A stretch of 64,000 nucleotides of DNA from Eledone cirrhosa (GCA_964016885.1 OZ024763.1:496001-560000), one strand, 5' to 3'; counted from the first letter of the stretch, positions 13,508 to 26,469 are shown. Numbers and translations are program-made. Notes: generated by a model not told the origin, from the letters alone.

Positions 13508-14360
13508 TGGTTGGTTGGCTGGTAGGCTGGTTGGTTGGTTGGCTGGTTGGTTGGTTGGCTGGCTGAATGGTTGGCTGGCTGGTTGGCTGGCTGGTAGGCT
13601 GGTTGGTTGGTTGGTTGGTTGGTTGGTTGGCTGGCTGGTTGGCTGGCTGGTTGGTTGGTTGGCTGGTTGGATGGATGGCTGGTTGGTTGGTTGGTTGGTT
13701 GGCTGGCTGGTAGGCTGGTTGGTTGGTTGGTTGGTTGGTTGGCTGGTTGGTTGGTTGGCTGGTTGGATGGATGGCTGGTTGGTTGGCTGGTTGGTTGGTT
13801 GGCTGGCTGGTTGGCTGGTTGGTTGGTTGGCTGGCTGAATGGTTGGCTGGCTGGTATGCTGGTTGGTTGGTTGGTTGGTTGGTTGGTTGGTTGGATGGCT
13901 GGCTGGTTGGTTGGTTGGTTGGTTGGCTGGCTGGTAGGCTGGTTGGTTGGTTGGTTGGTTGGTTGGCTGGCTGGTTGGTTGGTTGGCTGGTTGGTTGGTT
14001 GGCTGGTTGGCTGGTTGGATGGATGGCTGGTTGGTTGGCTGGTTGGTTGGCTGGCTGGCTGGTTGGCTGGTTGACTGGTTGGTTGGCTGGCTGGCTGGTT
14101 GGCTGGTTGGCTGGTTGGTTGGCTGGCTGGTTGGCTGGTTGGCTGGCTGGTTGGATGGATGGCTGGTTGGTTGGCTGGCTGGTTGGCTGGTTGGTTGGTT
14201 GGCTGGCTGGTTGGCTGGTTGGTTGGCTGGTTGGTTGGTTGGTTGGTTGGTTGGCTGGTTAGTTGGATGGTTGGATGGTTGGTTGGTTGGCTGGCTGGTT
14301 GGCTGGCTGGTTGGTTGGTTGGCTGGTTAGTTGGATGGTTGGCTGGTTGGGCTGGTTGGC
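13508..14360. repeat. (GGTT/GGCT)n tetranucleotide array
   Basis: Visible directly. It explains the WLVG ORFs. Confidence 0.97.
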
Positions 14361-14687
14361 TGGACAGTCGGTTATTATTAATGTATCTAAGTCATTCTTG
14401 CAAACAGCTCACAGATATGGCGGCAGGGTGGTGGTGGACTAGGTGGTGGGTGCTGCTATATTGATGGATAGATCTACAATATAAATGTCTTTGTTAAGGT
14501 TAAGAGTAAATAATCTGAAGACATTGAACTTAAAACTCTTAACTAAAATGGCAATATTGGGATTAATAACTTGTTATTGAGACAGGAAGGAGAGAGAGAG
14601 AGAGAGAGAGAGGGTTATATATATATATATGTATATGTATATGTGTATATATAGATGTGTGTATGTATGTATGTTATTGAGACAGGA

Positions 14688-14733
<46 letters not shown>

Positions 14734-14945
14734 TATATATATATATGTATATGTGTATATATAGATGTGTGTATGTATGTATGTTATTGAGACAGGAATG
14801 AGAGAGAGAGAGAGAAGGTTATATATGTGTATGTATGTGTATATATAGATGTGTCTATGTATGTATATATATATATATGTATGTATGTTATTGAGACAGG
14901 AAGGAGAGAGAGAAAGAGACATGGTTATGTATATATGTATGTGTG

Positions 14946-15033
<88 letters not shown>

Positions 15034-15180
15034 CGTGTGTATGTATATATGTGTGTATATATATGTATATATATATATTTATATATATATGTATGTATAA
15101 TTATATATATATATGTATGTATATATATGTATATATGATTGTATGTATATATATATGTGTGTGTATATATATGAATATAC

Positions 15181-15211
<31 letters not shown>

Positions 15212-15285
15212 CATATATGTATCTAAATATGTATATACATATGTGTGTGTATATACGTGTATATATATATTTATATATGTGTGCA

Positions 15286-15322
<37 letters not shown>

Positions 15323-15327
15323 GTGCA

Positions 15328-15361
<34 letters not shown>

Positions 15362-15487
15362 CATATATGTATATATATATATATGTGCATATATGCATAT
15401 ATATATGGATATATATATATGTGCTTATATGTATATATATATGTGCTTATATGTATATATATATATGTGCTTATATGTGTATATATA

Positions 15488-15535
<48 letters not shown>

Positions 15536-15724
15536 TATATATGCACACACACACATATATATATACATATATATAGCAAGTTATCGTTGAGTGACACAAC
15601 TTCAAGTGATTAGCAATTTTAAGACAACTTAACCAATGAAACAATTGTTAAGACTGTAAATAAAACCCTTTTGTACTGTTGACCATGTTATTCTTCACTC
15701 TTGCACTATATATATATATATATA

Positions 15725-15872
<148 letters not shown>

Positions 15873-16026
15873 CATATATATATATATATATATATATGTG
15901 CATATATATATATATATATATATATGTGCATATATATATATATATATATATATGTGCATATATATATATATATATATGTGCATATATATATATATATATA
16001 TGTGCATATATATATATATATATATA

Positions 16027-16089
<63 letters not shown>

Positions 16090-16096
16090 ATATATA

Positions 16097-16132
<36 letters not shown>

Positions 16133-16184
16133 TGCATATATATATTTATATATATATATATATATATATATGTTTGCATATATA

Positions 16185-16239
<55 letters not shown>

Positions 16240-16278
16240 GTGCATATATATATATTTATATATGTATATATATAACAA

Positions 16279-16389
16279 ATTTAATATTGAAATGGCTTCT
16301 ACAGGACTAGAACTGTTTCATTCGGCTTCCTGGTGATTTCTCTCAAATGAAACAGTTCTAGTCCTGTAGAAGCCATTTCTATATTAAAT
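16279..16389. mobile_element. fold-back element with hammerhead (16324-16374, +, core CTGGTGA mutated)
   Basis: GGCTTC-CTGGTGA..GAAA-CAG-TTCTAGTC-CTG-TA-GAAGCC. Arms at about 16279-16322 and 16346-16389. Confidence 0.75.
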
Positions 16390-16421
16390 ATGTGGTGGTG
16401 ATGGTTGTAGCAATGATAGAA

Positions 16422-16612
16422 ATAATTGTTTCTACTTTAGGCACAAGGCCAGCAATTAACCCAGTACATTACTGGTACTTTAATTTTATCGACCCCGTAA
16501 GGATGCAAGGCAAAGTTAACCTCGGCGGGATTTGAACTCGGACTGGAAAGGGAAGTAACTCCATGCTGGAAAGCATGGCGTCCGACCCTCTACCGATACT
16601 GCCAACCCACCG
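16422..16612 (-). mobile_element. SINE family B
   Basis: Same family as 12613 and 21223. Confidence 0.85.
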
Positions 16613-16619
16613 ATGGTAA

Positions 16620-17504
16620 TAATAATGTTACAGATGATGATAAAGATTATGATGATGATGGTGATGACAATGATGGTAAAGGTTATGATGATGATGATGA
16701 TGATAACGGTGGTGATGGTGATGATGATGGTGATGATGGTAAAGATTATGATGTTGATGATGATGGTGGTGGTGGTGATGATGATGATGGTGATGATGGT
16801 GGTGATGGTGGTGGTGGTGGTGGTGATGGTGGTGATGGTGGTGGTGGTGGTGGTGGTAGTGGTGGGGGTGATGATGGTGGTGGTGGGGGTGATGATGATG
16901 GTGAAGATGGTGGTGGTGGTGATGATGATGGTGAAGATGATGGTGATGGTGAAGATGGTGGTGGTGGTGATGATGGTGGTGATGGTGGTGATGATGGTGG
17001 TGGTGGGGGTGATGATGATGGTGAAGATGGTGGTGGTGGTGATGATGATGGTGAAGATGATGGTGATGGTGATGATGGTGATGGTGAAGATGGTGGTGGT
17101 GAAGATGGTGGTGGTGGTGATGATGATGATGATGGTGGTGGTGATGGTGGTGGTGATGATGATGGTGGTGGTGATGGTGGTGGTGATGATGATGGTGGTG
17201 GTGGTGAAGATGGTGGTGGTGATGATATAGTAGTAGAAGAATATATAATATTATTGTTAGTTTAGCTGACTATGATATCATTTGTTGTGAGCAGATGTTT
17301 TCTTATCACACGGGTGGTGGTGGTGGTGGTGGTGGTGGCTGTAGTGGTTGTGATGGTGGCGGTGGTGGTGGCTGTAGTGGTTGAGATGGCGGCGGCGGTG
17401 GTGGTGTTGGAGGAGAGGTAGTAGTAGTGGTGGAGAAGGTAGTGATGGTGGTGGTGGTATAGGTGGTAGTGATGGTGATGGCGGTGGTGGTGTTGGAGGA
17501 GGAG

Positions 17505-17543
<39 letters not shown>

Positions 17544-17735
17544 CTTGTTTGTGGTGGAGGAGGTAGTGATGGTGGTGGTGGTGGTGTAGGTGATAGTGAT
17601 GGTGGTGGTGGTGATGGTGTAGGAGGTAGTGATGGTGGGGGGGGGGGTAGTGATGGTGGGGGGGGAGGTAGTGATGGTGGGGGTGGTGTAGGTGGTAGTG
17701 ATGGAGGTGGTGGTGGTGTAGGTGATGTGATGGAG
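16620..17735. repeat. (GAT/GGT/AGT)n trinucleotide region
   Basis: Visible directly. Confidence 0.9.
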
Positions 17736-18084
17736 GTGGCTTTCTCTCATGTTCTCAACAACTGCAGTCAAGTTACCTTTAAGATATCTGAAGTATCATC
17801 CTGATATAAAACAGCTGGTTTTTTGTTCCGAGTTGAACTGCTTTCAACTGGTTTAATGGTGGGGTGGCACGGGATGGGTGTCAATTAGGGTATAAGTTAG
17901 TCCATGACTCAGTTGATTAAGATGTTGGCTCAGTTAATTAAGATTGTTGCTGAGTTAATTAAGACATTGTCTCGGTTAATTAAGAAGTTAGCTCAATTGG
18001 TTAAGGAGGCTCAGTCCAACAAGTCTCAACTGGTTTAATGGGGAATGTGAGACATTCGTGATAATAGTCATACCTTAATATAAT

Positions 18085-18115
<31 letters not shown>

Positions 18116-18171
18116 GTGAGTTTTTTTTACAAAATGAAAAATAACCGCGGTGTCCTACACGAGTGAAAGTA

Positions 18172-18370
18172 TAAAGAAAAAGAGATGAAATCGAAAATGC
18201 AACTGGAGTCTTATTTTTTTTTTAAATGTGAGAAAAACCACAGACCCTCCATCTCAACTCACCTTTTGAAAAGCAGAAGAACTGCGAAATCGGTAAAGGA
18301 ACCAAATAAATATATATATATTTTTTTTAAATAAGACTCCAGTTGCATTTTGATTTCATCTCTTTTTCTT

Positions 18371-18373
<3 letters not shown>
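18172..18373. mobile_element. fold-back element with degenerate hammerhead (18262-18299, +)
   Basis: Inverted arms of about 45 bp. CCTT-TTGAAAA-GCAG-AAGAA-CTGC-GAAAT-CG-GTA-AAGG followed by AATAAA. Confidence 0.6.
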
Positions 18374-18423
<50 letters not shown>

Positions 18424-18430
<7 letters not shown>

Positions 18431-18822
18431 ATCAAAAGATGGTTAAAGGAGTTCCATGTATTTTATTATGCGCATTTCAAAAACAAACATCATCATGCAA
18501 TAATATTTGTGTTTTCATCAGATAAAACAGGAGAACATGATATGAAGGCTAAAAAACACTTGTGGATAGTGCAGTTTTAAATCAACTGCACTATCCACAA
18601 GTGTTTTTTAGCCTTCATATCATGTTCTCCTGTTTTATCTGATGAAAACACAAATATTATTGCATGATGATGTTTGTTTTTGAAATGCGCATAATAAAAT
18701 ACATGGAACTCCTTTAACCATCTTTTGATCTTATATTATGCATACTCCAGTCCTACAAACTGTAGAGTGCTTCTTATCCGATATCTGCATTGCTTTATTG
18801 TACTACAATAAAACTCACCTCC

Positions 18823-18825
<3 letters not shown>
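18424..18825 (+). mobile_element. 153-bp inverted repeat plus 3' tail, two hammerheads (- 18459-18529, + 18631-18701)
   Basis: Arms at 18424-18576 and 18584-18736 with a 7-nt spacer. TGTTTTAT-CTGATGA...GAAAT-GCGC-ATA-ATAAAATA. Flanked by (TA)n. Confidence 0.9.
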
Positions 18826-18857
<32 letters not shown>

Positions 18858-18859
<2 letters not shown>

Positions 18860-19075
18860 AGGGGGTGTAACTAGGAGTTACTGCAGATTCACCCGGGAGA
18901 GCACTCGATGTTTAGGTTCACTTCTTATAGCATTTTAAGAGGGTCTGTCGAACCGCGGATTATTGAGTCGGGTAGGATCGATATAGATCAAACCTTGAGC
19001 TGATCAGTGGCGAAACGCGCGTCACCTATCAATAAATGCAATGAAGGAATAATCAATCATCCTTTTTATCCTTTC
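18858..19075 (+). mobile_element. element with inverted 3' end and long-stem-II hammerhead (18942-19026)
   Basis: 18858-18921 matches the reverse complement of 657-720. GGT-CTGTCGA...GAAAC-GCGC-GTC-ACC, AATAAA at 19031. Confidence 0.75.
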
Positions 19076-19147
19076 TATATATATCTATATATATATATAT
19101 ATATATATAGAAAGATTTGAATGGATACAGTTTAGTTGAAAGGAATT

Positions 19148-19262
19148 TATTGACACGTGTTTCTATAACAGTTACATAACCTAAAACAGCTATCTACAAA
19201 CTTTTAGTTATGCAGACATTCAATATTTCAATGTTATTATTTACTGTCATTTCATCAGAATA
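19148..19262 (-). ncRNA. type I hammerhead motif with branched extended stem II
   Basis: Minus strand: TATT-CTGATGA-A-ATGACAGT...ACTGTTAT-A-GAAAC-ACGT-GTC-AATAAA. Confidence 0.85.
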
Positions 19263-19415
19263 ATATTACTGAGGACCTATTTAGTTTTTATAGAGAATAT
19301 TAGGAGGGAGGGGTGAAGTTGTTAGAAGAATAGTTGAAGGAGTGGTTTTTCGATAGCAGTGAGCTGATAATCTACTGTGTGTAATATTTATATTACAACA
19401 CAACGGAAAATACTG

Positions 19416-19440
<25 letters not shown>

Positions 19441-19446
<6 letters not shown>

Positions 19447-19680
19447 GAGTGAACAACACAAAATATAACTACTCCATTACCAAAGGTTTCAGGATCACAG
19501 ACGATAATGATATACGTCTGGATCGGTCATCAGAGAGAGATGTTATATCATAACATATGATATAAACCTTTGGTAATGGAGTAGTTATATTTTGTGTTGT
19601 TCATTTTCTAATTAAATAGCTCTGTTCTATACATAGAGCACTCTTTTTTCCTTTGCTTTTCTTTGGAATTACGTAAAATA
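19441..19680. mobile_element. fold-back element with hammerhead (- 19472-19539)
   Basis: Arms at 19441-19489 and 19564-19612. Minus strand: CTGATGA-CCGATCCAGACG..CGTCTGTGATCCT-GAAAC-CTTTG-GTA. Confidence 0.8.
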
Positions 19681-19693
19681 TATATATATATAT

Positions 19694-20133
19694 CATCATC
19701 ATCATCATCATCAACGTTTAACGTCCGTGTTCCACGCTTGCATGGGTTTGTACGGGGGTATTCCCACTTGAGGCAAGAGTGATTGTCTTGCTCGTATAGG
19801 ACTGTCTGGCGGGTTTTCTACAGTTGGATGCCCTTCCTAACACCAACCACATTTACAGTGTGGGTCTGGGAGGTTTTTACCGTGTTGCCTACACGGCCAC
19901 ATTACAGCGTGGACTGTGTGTTTTTTTGTCGTGACACCTACACGATATATATATATATATATAACACGGTAAAAACCTCCCAGTTCCACACTGTAAATGT
20001 GGTTGGTGTTAGGAAGGGCATCCAGCAGTAGAAAACCAGCCAGACAGTCCTATGCGAGCAAGACAACCACTCTTGCCTCAAGTGGGAAAACTCCTGTCCA
20101 AACCCATGCAAGCGTGGAATATGGACGTTAAAC
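19694..20133. mobile_element. inverted pair of SINE-A-related 3' fragments around a (TA)n
   Basis: 19715-19886 matches the reverse complement of 19963-20134. A related copy is at 47536-47757. Confidence 0.8.
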
Positions 20134-20561
20134 GCATATTCGCGGAATCGTAAATATCTTCTGCGATTTTTTTAATGGCTTTTTCGTGGCAATGTATATA
20201 TTTTTTCTCTTTTTAACTCTAAATCATTAATAACAATAAAGTACCAGTAATGTACTGGGTAATTGCTGGCCTTGTGCCAAAAGTAGAAACAATTAATAAC
20301 AATGCAGTGTATTTGCCGGCCTATATTTTACGTTATGTTTTGACGTTTATGTCTAACCCATGCTAGCGTGGCAGATAGATGTTAAACGCTGATGATGATA
20401 ATGAGGCATTTTTATGGACCACGTCCAATATTTTCGCGGTTTTTCACTCTTCACAGGTGCTCTAGGAACGTAACTCCATGAATACCAGGGGCCAGCGGTA
20501 TATAGTTTAGAGATTGTAATGTCCAGTTACTGTTGGTTCACTAAAGTGAGCACTCAATGTG

Positions 20562-20880
20562 TCATCATCATCATCATCACCGTTTTACGTCCGTTCTTCC
20601 ACTCTAGCATGGGTTAGACGGGTTGTCCTGTTGTGGGCAGTGTCTGGTCGGCTGACCATGCCTTGCTCATACAGGAACTGATTTGGCTTGATTTCTACAG
20701 CTGGATGCCCTTCCTAACACCAACCTCATTTACAGTGAGTGCTGGGTGCTTTTTCCGTGGCGCCTACACGTCCACTTTACAGTGTGGGCTGGGTGCTTTT
20801 TTACCGTGGCCCCTACACATCCACTTTACAGTGAGGGCTGGGTGCTTTTTTGCCGTGGCACCTCCACGACCACCTTGCGG
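20562..20880 (-). mobile_element. SINE-A-related element with internal ~50-bp repeats
   Basis: (CAT)n tail, GGATGCCCTTCCTAACACCAACC motif, and tandem CCACTTTACAGTG units. Confidence 0.75.
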
Positions 20881-20976
20881 TGGGGGGTGTGGGGGCATAT
20901 TGTCTATATGCTTCAGCTTGTACTCATGGGAGGTCGGGTACTCTGTAGTCTCCTGTATGTACTTTGGGTAATAATA

Positions 20977-21060
20977 AATCTGATGAGCTTTTGATTCCAG
21001 ATTCGGGGCCTCAATCGATAGAGATCGACCCTTCAGATCAATTACGAAACACGCTTCACA
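20977..21060 (+). ncRNA. degenerate long-stem-II hammerhead motif
   Basis: CTGATGA...TTGAT...ATCAA-TTAC-GAAAC-ACGC-TTC, AATAAA at 21065. Resembles the 488/18942 family. Confidence 0.55.
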
Positions 21061-21222
21061 CTTGAATAAACATAATGAAAATTTGACACCTCGGCCATGC
21101 TACGGGGTCAATAAAATAAAGTACCAGTCACGCACTGGGGTCGATTTAATCGACTTCCCCCTCTCCCAAAATTTCTGGCCTTGTGTCTATATAAGAAACT
21201 ATTATTATATATGTGTATATAA

Positions 21223-21418
21223 GGCGGTGGATTGGCAGTATCGGTAGAGGGTCGGACGGCATGCTGTGATGTATAGAGTTACGGCCCTTGTCATTCCGAG
21301 TTCAAATCCTGCCGAGGTTAACTTTGCCTTTCATCCTTACGGGGTCGATAAAATAAAGTACCAGTAATACACTGGGGTAATTGCTGGCCTTGTGCCAAAA
21401 GTAGAAACAATTATTATA
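21223..21418 (+). mobile_element. tRNA-derived SINE family B, full length
   Basis: GGCGGTGGATTGGCAGTATCGGTAGAG (A box) ... GAGTTCAAATCC (B box), GCCTTTCATCCTTACGGGGTCGATAAAATAAAGTACCAGT core and (ATT)n tail. Confidence 0.9.
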
Positions 21419-21739
21419 TATGTATGTGTAATATATATATAGTTTATGGTTGAATGGATTAAAAAGTTAGCTTTGCAATCATAATAAGATCTAAGATCCC
21501 ATGTTTAACTCCCATTGTGAAGCCATCTTGGGCAAGTTTCTCGTTTTATCATAAAATATAGGCTCTGGGTGGAATCAAGCTGTAGGAGTGAGATTGTGTG
21601 AAGGGACATTGTATATAGAGTTTGTTATATGGTCTGTTCTGATAATTACTTCAAAAGGTCAGCTCTGTCATATATTGTGTCTCACACATATTCACATAGG
21701 TATATACATCCACACACACACACACATATACACACATAT

Positions 21740-22080
21740 ATCATCATCATCATCATACGTCCGCTTTTCCCTGCTTGCAAGGGTGGGACGGGAACTGACT
21801 CTGGCTTGATTTCTACAGCTGGATGCCCTTCCTAACACCAACCTCATTTACAGTGAGTGCTGGGTGCTTTTTTGCCGTGGCACCTCCACGACCACTTTGC
21901 AGTGGAATGATAGGGACCCCAGTCCCTATCATCTCATTTCTACAGCTGAGTAAACTGGAGCAATGTGAAATAAAATAAAGTGTCTTGCTCAAGGAAACAA
22001 CACATCACCCGGTCTGAGAATTAAACTCACAATCTTTCGATTGCAAGGCCAATGCTCTAATCACTAAGCCATGTGCCTCC
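21740..22080 (-). mobile_element. SINE family A, full length
   Basis: Reverse complement of 3088-3424. Confidence 0.9.
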
Positions 22081-22319
22081 ATATATATATATATATATAT
22101 AAACGATGATGATGATGATGATATATATATATATAACAAATACACACGTGCAAACACATGTAATATATATATATATATATAAGCAAAAGGGATATTTAAT
22201 TTGTTGGAAATTCAACAAATATAAATGTTTATAACTGATTCAGAGCACTTGAAAAGTTTTCATGAGTATAATATTCAGTGATATTAAATAAATAGAAACT
22301 ATATTTATAAAACCATATT

Positions 22320-22380
22320 TATTCTATTATATATATTTCAAGGGTATCAAAACTTTGGTACGCTTTCATCAGATAACATA
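22320..22380 (-). ncRNA. type I hammerhead motif
   Basis: Minus strand: TATGTTAT-CTGATGA-AAGCGTACCAA-AGTT-TTGATACCCTT-GAAAT-ATAT-ATA-ATAGAATA. The element (about 22182-22448) lies between TA tracts. Confidence 0.8.
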
Positions 22381-22710
22381 CAAAGAGTGTTTTATAAATT
22401 TTGACATAACCAAGGAAACCATACCTTATCAGTTGAATTTTCCTTGGGTATATATATATATATAGCACACACATATATATGCACAGGCACACACACACAA
22501 GTATATGCATATACAAACATATATATATATATATGTATGTATGTACATGTGTATGTGCATATATATGTGTGTATGTAAGTTTGTGTATATATATATATAT
22601 AATATATATATATATAATATATATATACAAACACATATACTTATTTACAAATACATATATATATATATATGTGTGTGTTAGTGTATTAATTACAGTAATT
22701 TATATATATA

Positions 22711-22763
22711 GAGATTCCTGATGATTTCTAAAGAATGAAACAGTTCTAGTCCTGTAGAATCTC
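22711..22763 (+). ncRNA. type I hammerhead ribozyme motif (intact core)
   Basis: GAGATTC-CTGATGA-TTTC-TAAA-GAAT-GAAA-CAG-TTCTAGTC-CTG-TA-GAATCTC. 7-bp stem I, GUA site. The element runs to about 22845. Confidence 0.85.
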
Positions 22764-22844
22764 ATCTATATTAAAACTTTTATACTCTGCTATGTATTGA
22801 GTACCTTACTTACTGTGGTTACCTCCGATTCAACCTGGAATAAC

Positions 22845-22883
<39 letters not shown>

Positions 22884-23112
22884 CGCACACACACACACAC
22901 ACACACTTACAGCTATATATATGTTATATACAGTAAATTACATAAAATCTCTGGATGTGAGAAGCCGTTGTGTAAGTTTAAAGCCGTTCAAAGTTGCCTC
23001 CCTTGTTTCCTGATCTGCAGTTTCTGAGTCGGAGGATAAAAAAAGGGGGAAGCAAACATGCCGGCTTCTGTCTCGTTGGAACTTCTCTCTTTCACTCTCT
23101 CTCTCTCTCTTT

Positions 23113-23215
<103 letters not shown>

Positions 23216-23433
23216 TGTCTCTCTTCTTCACCCTCTTCTCTATCTATCTCCCTCACTCTCCACTATATCTCTTTCTACTACTCTTTCTACTACTCTCTCT
23301 CTCAATCTCCTCCTCTCCACCCCCACTCACCCCTATACTATATATCTCTATCTCTATCACTATCAATATTTACTATTTCCTACTTCTATCATCTACCTGG
23401 CATGTTATATTGTAATATATATACATATATATA

Positions 23434-23619
23434 TAACGAAGGAAACGTGATAAGGAACCAGGTGGACCATAACGCACCAAAGTACTCAATACTTAGGGTA
23501 GTAGAGTGGGTAATAGGAACGAGTAGGACCCCGACGGCAGAGCTCAAGCCGTTTCGACGGCTAATTCTGGAATTAGCTCAGCCGGCTTGAGCTCAGCCGT
23601 CGGGGTCCTACTCGTTCCT
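23434..23619 (-). mobile_element. fold-back element with 3' half of a hammerhead
   Basis: Arms at 23515-23551 and 23583-23619. Minus strand: stem II-GAAAC-GGC-TTGAGCTCT-GCC-GTC. The family also occurs at 3975-4079, 31099-31287 and 33835-33892. Confidence 0.75.
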
Positions 23620-23620
23620 G

Positions 23621-23649
<29 letters not shown>

Positions 23650-23651
<2 letters not shown>

Positions 23652-24057
23652 CTCCTCTCCCCCTTCCCCTCTCACTTCCTCATCCCCTTCCTTACTGCCT
23701 CCAATTCTCCCTCATTGCCTCCTTTTCTCCCTCACTGCCTGCTCTTCTCCCTCTTCTCTTCTTCCCCCTTTTTCCTCCCCTTCCTCCCTCCTCTACTATA
23801 TTTACTCTCTCCCCATCATATATCAATTACACTTGTTACAAACAGTTGTCATACACACACACACACTCTCTCTCTCTCTCTCTCTCCTATCTTTCTATCT
23901 CTCCCTCATTCTCCGTCGCCCCCCCCCCCCTCTCTCTCTCTTTCTCCGTCACACGCTCTCCAAAGCGTATCTCTCCCCCACTCACTTCTATCATAGTCTA
24001 CCTCTCTCTCTCTCCACCCATCATTGTGTATCTACCTATCTCTTTCCCTCTCTATCC

Positions 24058-24098
<41 letters not shown>

Positions 24099-26400
24099 CG
24101 GTTCACGTTGTTAGCACTCTCTCATTCCAAATATATATATCTCCCTCTTTCTTTCTCACCTCCTTCTTACTAGTGAACATACCCTGTCTTCTCTCTCTCT
24201 CCCTTCCCCTCTCTCTTCCCTCGTCTCTCTCTCTCTTCCCCTCTCTCTTCCATCGTCTCTCTCTTTCTTCCCCTCTCTCTTCCATCGTCTCTCTCTCTCT
24301 TACCCTTTCTCTTCCATCGTCTCTCTCTCTTCCCTTTCCTTCTTCCTCTTTCTCTCTATTCCCTTTCCTTCTTCCTCTCTCTCTCTTCCTCTTCCCCTTT
24401 CTCCCCCTTCTATTCCTCTTCCCCTTTCTCCCCCCTCTCTCTCACACACACACCTTCAATTACACGCAAACATTAACACATTTACTCTCTCCCTCTAACC
24501 ACCACCACCACCTCTCTCCTATCATCTCCAATATTCTATATAACCTGTCTCATATTTGTCTTCATCTATTGACTAAATAAAATTTTCTATTCACAACTCG
24601 TCATGCATCTCTCTCTCTCCCCTCTCTCTCTCCCCCCCCCCCTCTCTCTCTCCCCTCTCTCTCTCCCCCCCCCTCTCTCTCTCTCTCTCTCATCGTTTTA
24701 TTTAGTTATCACATCATCTCATTCACTTCAACCCCCCCTCTCTCTCTCTCTTTACTATGCTGCTCTCTCTCCATCTTATTCACTTCGCCTTTCGCTCTCT
24801 ATCACTCATCTCTCTCTCTCTCTCTCCTTCACTCATCACTCCTTCCACTCCTTCATTCATCTCTCTCTCTCTCTCCTTCACTCATCTCTCTCTCTCCTTC
24901 ACTCATCTCTCTCTCTCCTTCACTCATCCCTCCTTCCACTCCTTCATTCATCTCTCTCTCTCTCTCCTTCACTCATCCCTCCTTCCACTCCTTCATTCAT
25001 CTCTCTCTCTCTCTCCTTCACTCATCCCTCCTTCCACTCCTTCACTCATCTCTCTCTCTCCTTCACTCATCTCTCTCCCTCCTTCACTCATCTCTCTCCC
25101 TCCTTCACTCATCTCTCTCCCTCCTTCACTCATCCCTCCTTCCACTCCTTCACTCATCTCTCTCTCCTTCACTCATCTCTCTCTCTCCTTCACTCATCCC
25201 TCCTTCCACCCTTTCACTCATCTCTCTCTCACTCCTTTCACCCCTTCACTCATCTGTTCATCACTTTGTCACTCATTCACTTTCTATCTTTTGCCGGTTT
25301 CTCACTTTCTCTGTTACACATTCTCTCTTTCATTATCTCTCTCTCTTTCTCTCTCTACTCTTCTTTTCTACCTCACAACTCCTCTCTCATTTTCTTACAT
25401 TCTCCATGTCTCCCCTTCCGCCTACTCCGTTATATTTATCTATCTATCTATCCATTCATCCATCCCTACCTCTCTCTATCTTCTCTTCCACCCATCCATC
25501 CATCTGTCTGTCTGTTTATCCTTCTATTTCTCCCTTCTCATGGACGGACACACGGACACACACACACACACCGACTGATACAGACAGTCTCCATCTGTCG
25601 GTGTGGGGTGGTCCCACATCACTACAGGGGGTTTCTAATTCTCTAATGGTGGAGGTTTGTTGTTAAACTAAAGACCTCCCACCTACCAATTTACACAGTT
25701 AATTATTTCCTATGTCGCCCTCCACACACAAATACTTCTTAGCCACCTGATATTTTAACTGCCATAACCAACAATTTCTGGTACACTGCTCTCTTTTTCT
25801 CTCTCTTTGTCTCTCTCTCTCCTCTCTCTTTGTCTCTCTCTCTCTTTGTCTCTCTCTCTCCCCTCTCTCTTTGTCTCTCTCTCTCCCCTCTCTCTTTGTC
25901 TCTCTCTCTCCCCTCTCTCTTTGTCTCTCTCTCTCCCCTCTCTCATTGTCTCTCTCTCTCCCCTCTCTCTTTGTCTCTCTCTCCTCTCTCTTTGTCTCTC
26001 TCTCCCCTCTCTCTTTGTCTCTCTCTCCCCTCTCTCTTTGTCTCTCTCTCCTCTCTCTTTGTCTATCTCTCTCCCCACTCTTTTTGTCTCTCCTTCCCCT
26101 CCCTTTGTCTCTCTCTCTCCCCCTCTCTCTTTGTCTCTCTATCTCCCCCCTCTCTCTTTGTCTCTCTCTCTCCTCTCTCTTTGTCTCTCTCTCTCTCCTC
26201 TCTCTTTGTCTCTCTCTCTCTCCTCTCTCTTTGTCTCTCTCTCCTCTCTCTTTGTCTCTCTCTCCCCTCTCTCTTTGTCTCTCTCTCCCCTCTCTCTTTG
26301 TCTCTCTCTTTGTCTCTCTCTCTCCTCTCTCTTTGTCTCTCTCTCCCCTCTCTCTTTGTCTCTCTCCCCACTCTCTGTGTCTCTCTCTCTCCTCTCTCTT

Positions 26401-26469
<69 letters not shown>

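Noticed and set aside
15638-15664. GAAAC-AATT-GTT..AATAAA hammerhead 3' half
   Set aside because: No upstream CUGANGA was found. It is counted only as a possible truncated remnant.
19270-19400. Possible end of a Penelope GIY-YIG ORF upstream of the 19148 hammerhead
   Set aside because: The minus-strand translation is too decayed to recognise by eye and needs a BLASTx/HMM search.
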